Assembly (NCBI GenBank): GCA_033549025.1
Contig: JAWSUS010000025.1
Coordinates: 1-42,650, forward strand
Source: Desulfuromonadales bacterium
GTDB taxonomy: Bacteria > Desulfobacterota > Desulfuromonadia > Desulfuromonadales > SZUA-540
Length of the DNA: 42,650 nucleotides
Reading direction: 5' to 3'
The notes beneath the pieces were generated by a model. The model saw nothing but the letters and a program-made list of their open reading frames with translations, made no database searches and was not told the DNA's origin. Position numbers and translations under genes: made by a program. Positions 38,627-42,650 of the stretch are shown here, one piece after another. Numbering within the stretch: the stretch's first letter is position 1; the number at the start of each line of letters is the position of its first letter.

Positions 38627-39127
38627 TCAGGATATCAGAGAAAAGCGCTCTTTGGGCACGTTGCAGACCTCGCAGCGGTCGGGCGCCTCGTCGTAGACGG
38701 TGTTGCCGCAGATCTCGCAGACATAGACCGCCCGCTCGGGCAGGTCGCCGCCATTTTTCACGGCTGCCAGGGCCGCCGAGTACAGATCGTAATGCACCTC
38801 TTCCACGGCCAGGGCGTTGCGGAAACTGACCTCGGCCGCCTTGTCTCCTGCGCTCTTGGCTTCTTCCAGGTAGGGAGGATACATCTTCTGGAACTCGAAG
38901 CCCTCGCCGTCGATGGCTTCCTGCAGATTCTCGAGGGTTTTCTTGATGCCGCCCATGGCGCGCAGATGGGCATGGGCATGGATCGTCTCGGCGTGAGCCG
39001 CCGCCCGGAAAAGTCTGGCGACCTGGGGGTAGCCATCGGCCTCGGCCTGTTTGGCAAAAGCCAGGTATTTGCGGTTGGCTTGACTTTCTCCGGCAAAAGC
39101 TTCAGCAAGATTCTCTTTGGTAGACAT
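38627..39127 (-). CDS. rbr: Rubrerythrin
   Basis: NL.EAFAGESQANRKY, AE.IHA, E..H diiron ligands; C-terminal rubredoxin CxxC...CxxC. Confidence 0.95.
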   Translation of the reverse strand: MSTKENLAEAFAGESQANRKYLAFAKQAEADGYPQVARLFRAAAHAETIHAHAHLRAMGGIKKTLENLQEAIDGEGFEFQKMYPPYLEEAKSAGDKAAEVSFRNALAVEEVHYDLYSAALAAVKNGGDLPERAVYVCEICGNTVYDEAPDRCEVCNVPKERFSLIS

Positions 39128-39187
39128 TCCTTTTTCTCTCCTTTTGGGTGTGATAGGGCGACCATAAGGCCGCCGTCGATTCGGTGT

Positions 39188-41437
<2,250 letters not shown>

Positions 41438-41463
41438 TCATAAGACCCGCTAAAATCTATTTA

Positions 41464-41515
41464 TTTCTAGCAGGCCTTATGGGTTTGTCAATATTTACAG
41501 AGAATGATTCTTGAT
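41464..41515 (-). promoter_or_regulatory. katG promoter with Fur/PerR-like palindrome
   Basis: TTGACA (41486-41491)-N16-TAGAAA; AGAAT-G-ATTCT palindrome at 41501-41511 just upstream of the -35. Confidence 0.6.
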
Positions 41516-41537
41516 AAGAAAGATTGCGGCAAACGGG

Positions 41538-41975
41538 TTATTTTTGCTGACAGGCGGGGCAGAGACCGAAAAGTTCGACCTGGTGAGAGGTGATCCGGTA
41601 GCCGGTGGCTTTGGCCACCTCGGAGGTCAGCTGGTCCAGCAGACTGATGTCGGGATCGATAATGCGATGACAGCGGGTGCAGATCAGGTGCGGATGGGGA
41701 TAGGGTTTTTTGCCGTCATAATGGCTGCGCCCGTCGGAAATGCCAATTTCCAGAATTTCGCCGATCTCCTTCAGCAGGCTGACGGTCTTGTAGACCGTGG
41801 CCAGACTGGTGGTCGGAAACTGGCTTTTAACCTGATTGTAGACCTGTTCGACGCTCGGGTGCTGGTCGGTGGTGAGAAGGATCTGCAAAATGGCGAGCCG
41901 CTGCGGCGTAATCCGACAGTCCCGCTGCCGGAGTTTGTCGAGAATATCGTTCAGGCGTTGTTGAGATTTGTCCAT
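41538..41975 (-). CDS. perR: Fur-family repressor, probably PerR
   Basis: RITPQR.AIL, HPS.EQVY, SLATVYKT, H.HLIC..C, G.C..C; adjacent to katG and rubrerythrin. Confidence 0.8.
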   Translation of the reverse strand: MDKSQQRLNDILDKLRQRDCRITPQRLAILQILLTTDQHPSVEQVYNQVKSQFPTTSLATVYKTVSLLKEIGEILEIGISDGRSHYDGKKPYPHPHLICTRCHRIIDPDISLLDQLTSEVAKATGYRITSHQVELFGLCPACQQK

Positions 41976-42058
41976 GAGGGCACCAGGGGGGCAGAGAAAA
42001 CGTCAATTGGCCGGCAACTGAACCTGAATCATCGCCAATGCCCCCGGATTTGTCAATT

Positions 42059-42105
42059 AGCGTCATGGCCCTGTACGGCCAAGGTACGGTACAGGCCATG
42101 ACGCT
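42059..42105. repeat. Intergenic inverted repeat (REP-like hairpin)
   Basis: AGCGTCATGGCC (42059-42070) / GGCCATGACGCT (42094-42105) plus inner TGTAC/GTACA. Confidence 0.6.
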
Positions 42106-42196
42106 GTCCTGGCAGCGGTTGGCGGATGCTTACAGGGCGGTCAGTTGGCTGCGCATGATGAAAGGTCTGGGGGATCAGCGACAGGGAGCAATAAGT

Positions 42197-42487
42197 CTAT
42201 TTGAATCGCGAAGAAGCCGACTTCAGCGCGTTACCGAGAGACTCCCAAGCTTGGTCAATACCTGTCTTGAGATCTTCCCAGGCATCATCGCCCGCATCCT
42301 TGAGTTCGCTAAGCTTGTCGGCGGCTGATTTCCGCATCGACTGTAGTTCCTCGATCTGTTTGTGGTATTCAATTTGTGCATCCGCTCCTGCTTTGTCGGC
42401 CTTGGCTTTGAGTTTTTTGATCTCAGCATCCCACTCGTCCAGTTGCGCCTGCAGTTTCTGCTCGTATGCTTCCTTTTTGCTCATCAT
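42197..42487 (-). CDS. Small coiled-coil stress-type protein (sll1863-like)
   Basis: AGGAG RBS; K.AY..KL.AQL.EW.AEI..L.AKA and AWEDLK.G...AW motifs. Confidence 0.85.
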   Translation of the reverse strand: MMSKKEAYEQKLQAQLDEWDAEIKKLKAKADKAGADAQIEYHKQIEELQSMRKSAADKLSELKDAGDDAWEDLKTGIDQAWESLGNALKSASSRFK

Positions 42488-42650
42488 TTTCTCCTTTTAA
42501 CAAGATCGTTGAAAGATGTTTTACCTGGCGGATAGCGCCAATCTGCCACGCAAAGCGCCTTCGTAACAAAATCTGTAGCGGAACCGGTTCCTTGGACACA
42601 AGTTTAGATTATGCCGCCTGACGGATTTCGTCGGGCGACCGGAAGCCGTT

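Noticed and set aside
42540..42650. ACGCAAAGC resembling part of a c-di-GMP-I (GEMM) riboswitch
   Set aside because: The GGCAAA-stem-GAAA P2 element and the CTAA receptor are missing

Overview
A GC-rich bacterial chromosomal segment whose gene content (TIGR04442-type protein, RdgC, HesB-like selenoproteins, rubrerythrin/KatG/Fur-family cluster, MCP tip sequence) suggests a Desulfuromonas/Geobacter-like deltaproteobacterium (inference). It holds about 39 CDS: an OprO/P-type porin, rdgC, a minus-strand CheY-like/CheX/MCP/MBL-hydrolase/TIGR04442/EF-G run, thiM, recQ, a radical SAM enzyme, DUF523/DUF1722, two diguanylate cyclases, a TPR plus secreted protein pair facing two paralogous lipoproteins, a hybrid kinase/HD-GYP/periplasmic-binding-protein signalling cluster, and perR-katG-rubrerythrin. 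The main signals the ORF track misses are (1) two tandem 96-aa HesB/IscA-like selenoprotein genes, each with an in-frame UGA and a shared 43-nt block containing a SECIS-like hairpin, (2) a ~440-nt non-coding element at the left edge with many nested long-range helices, and (3) four MshEN-like repeats fused to CheX. I saw no rRNA, tRNA, CRISPR array or transposase. Family assignments come from motif recognition by eye, not database searches.
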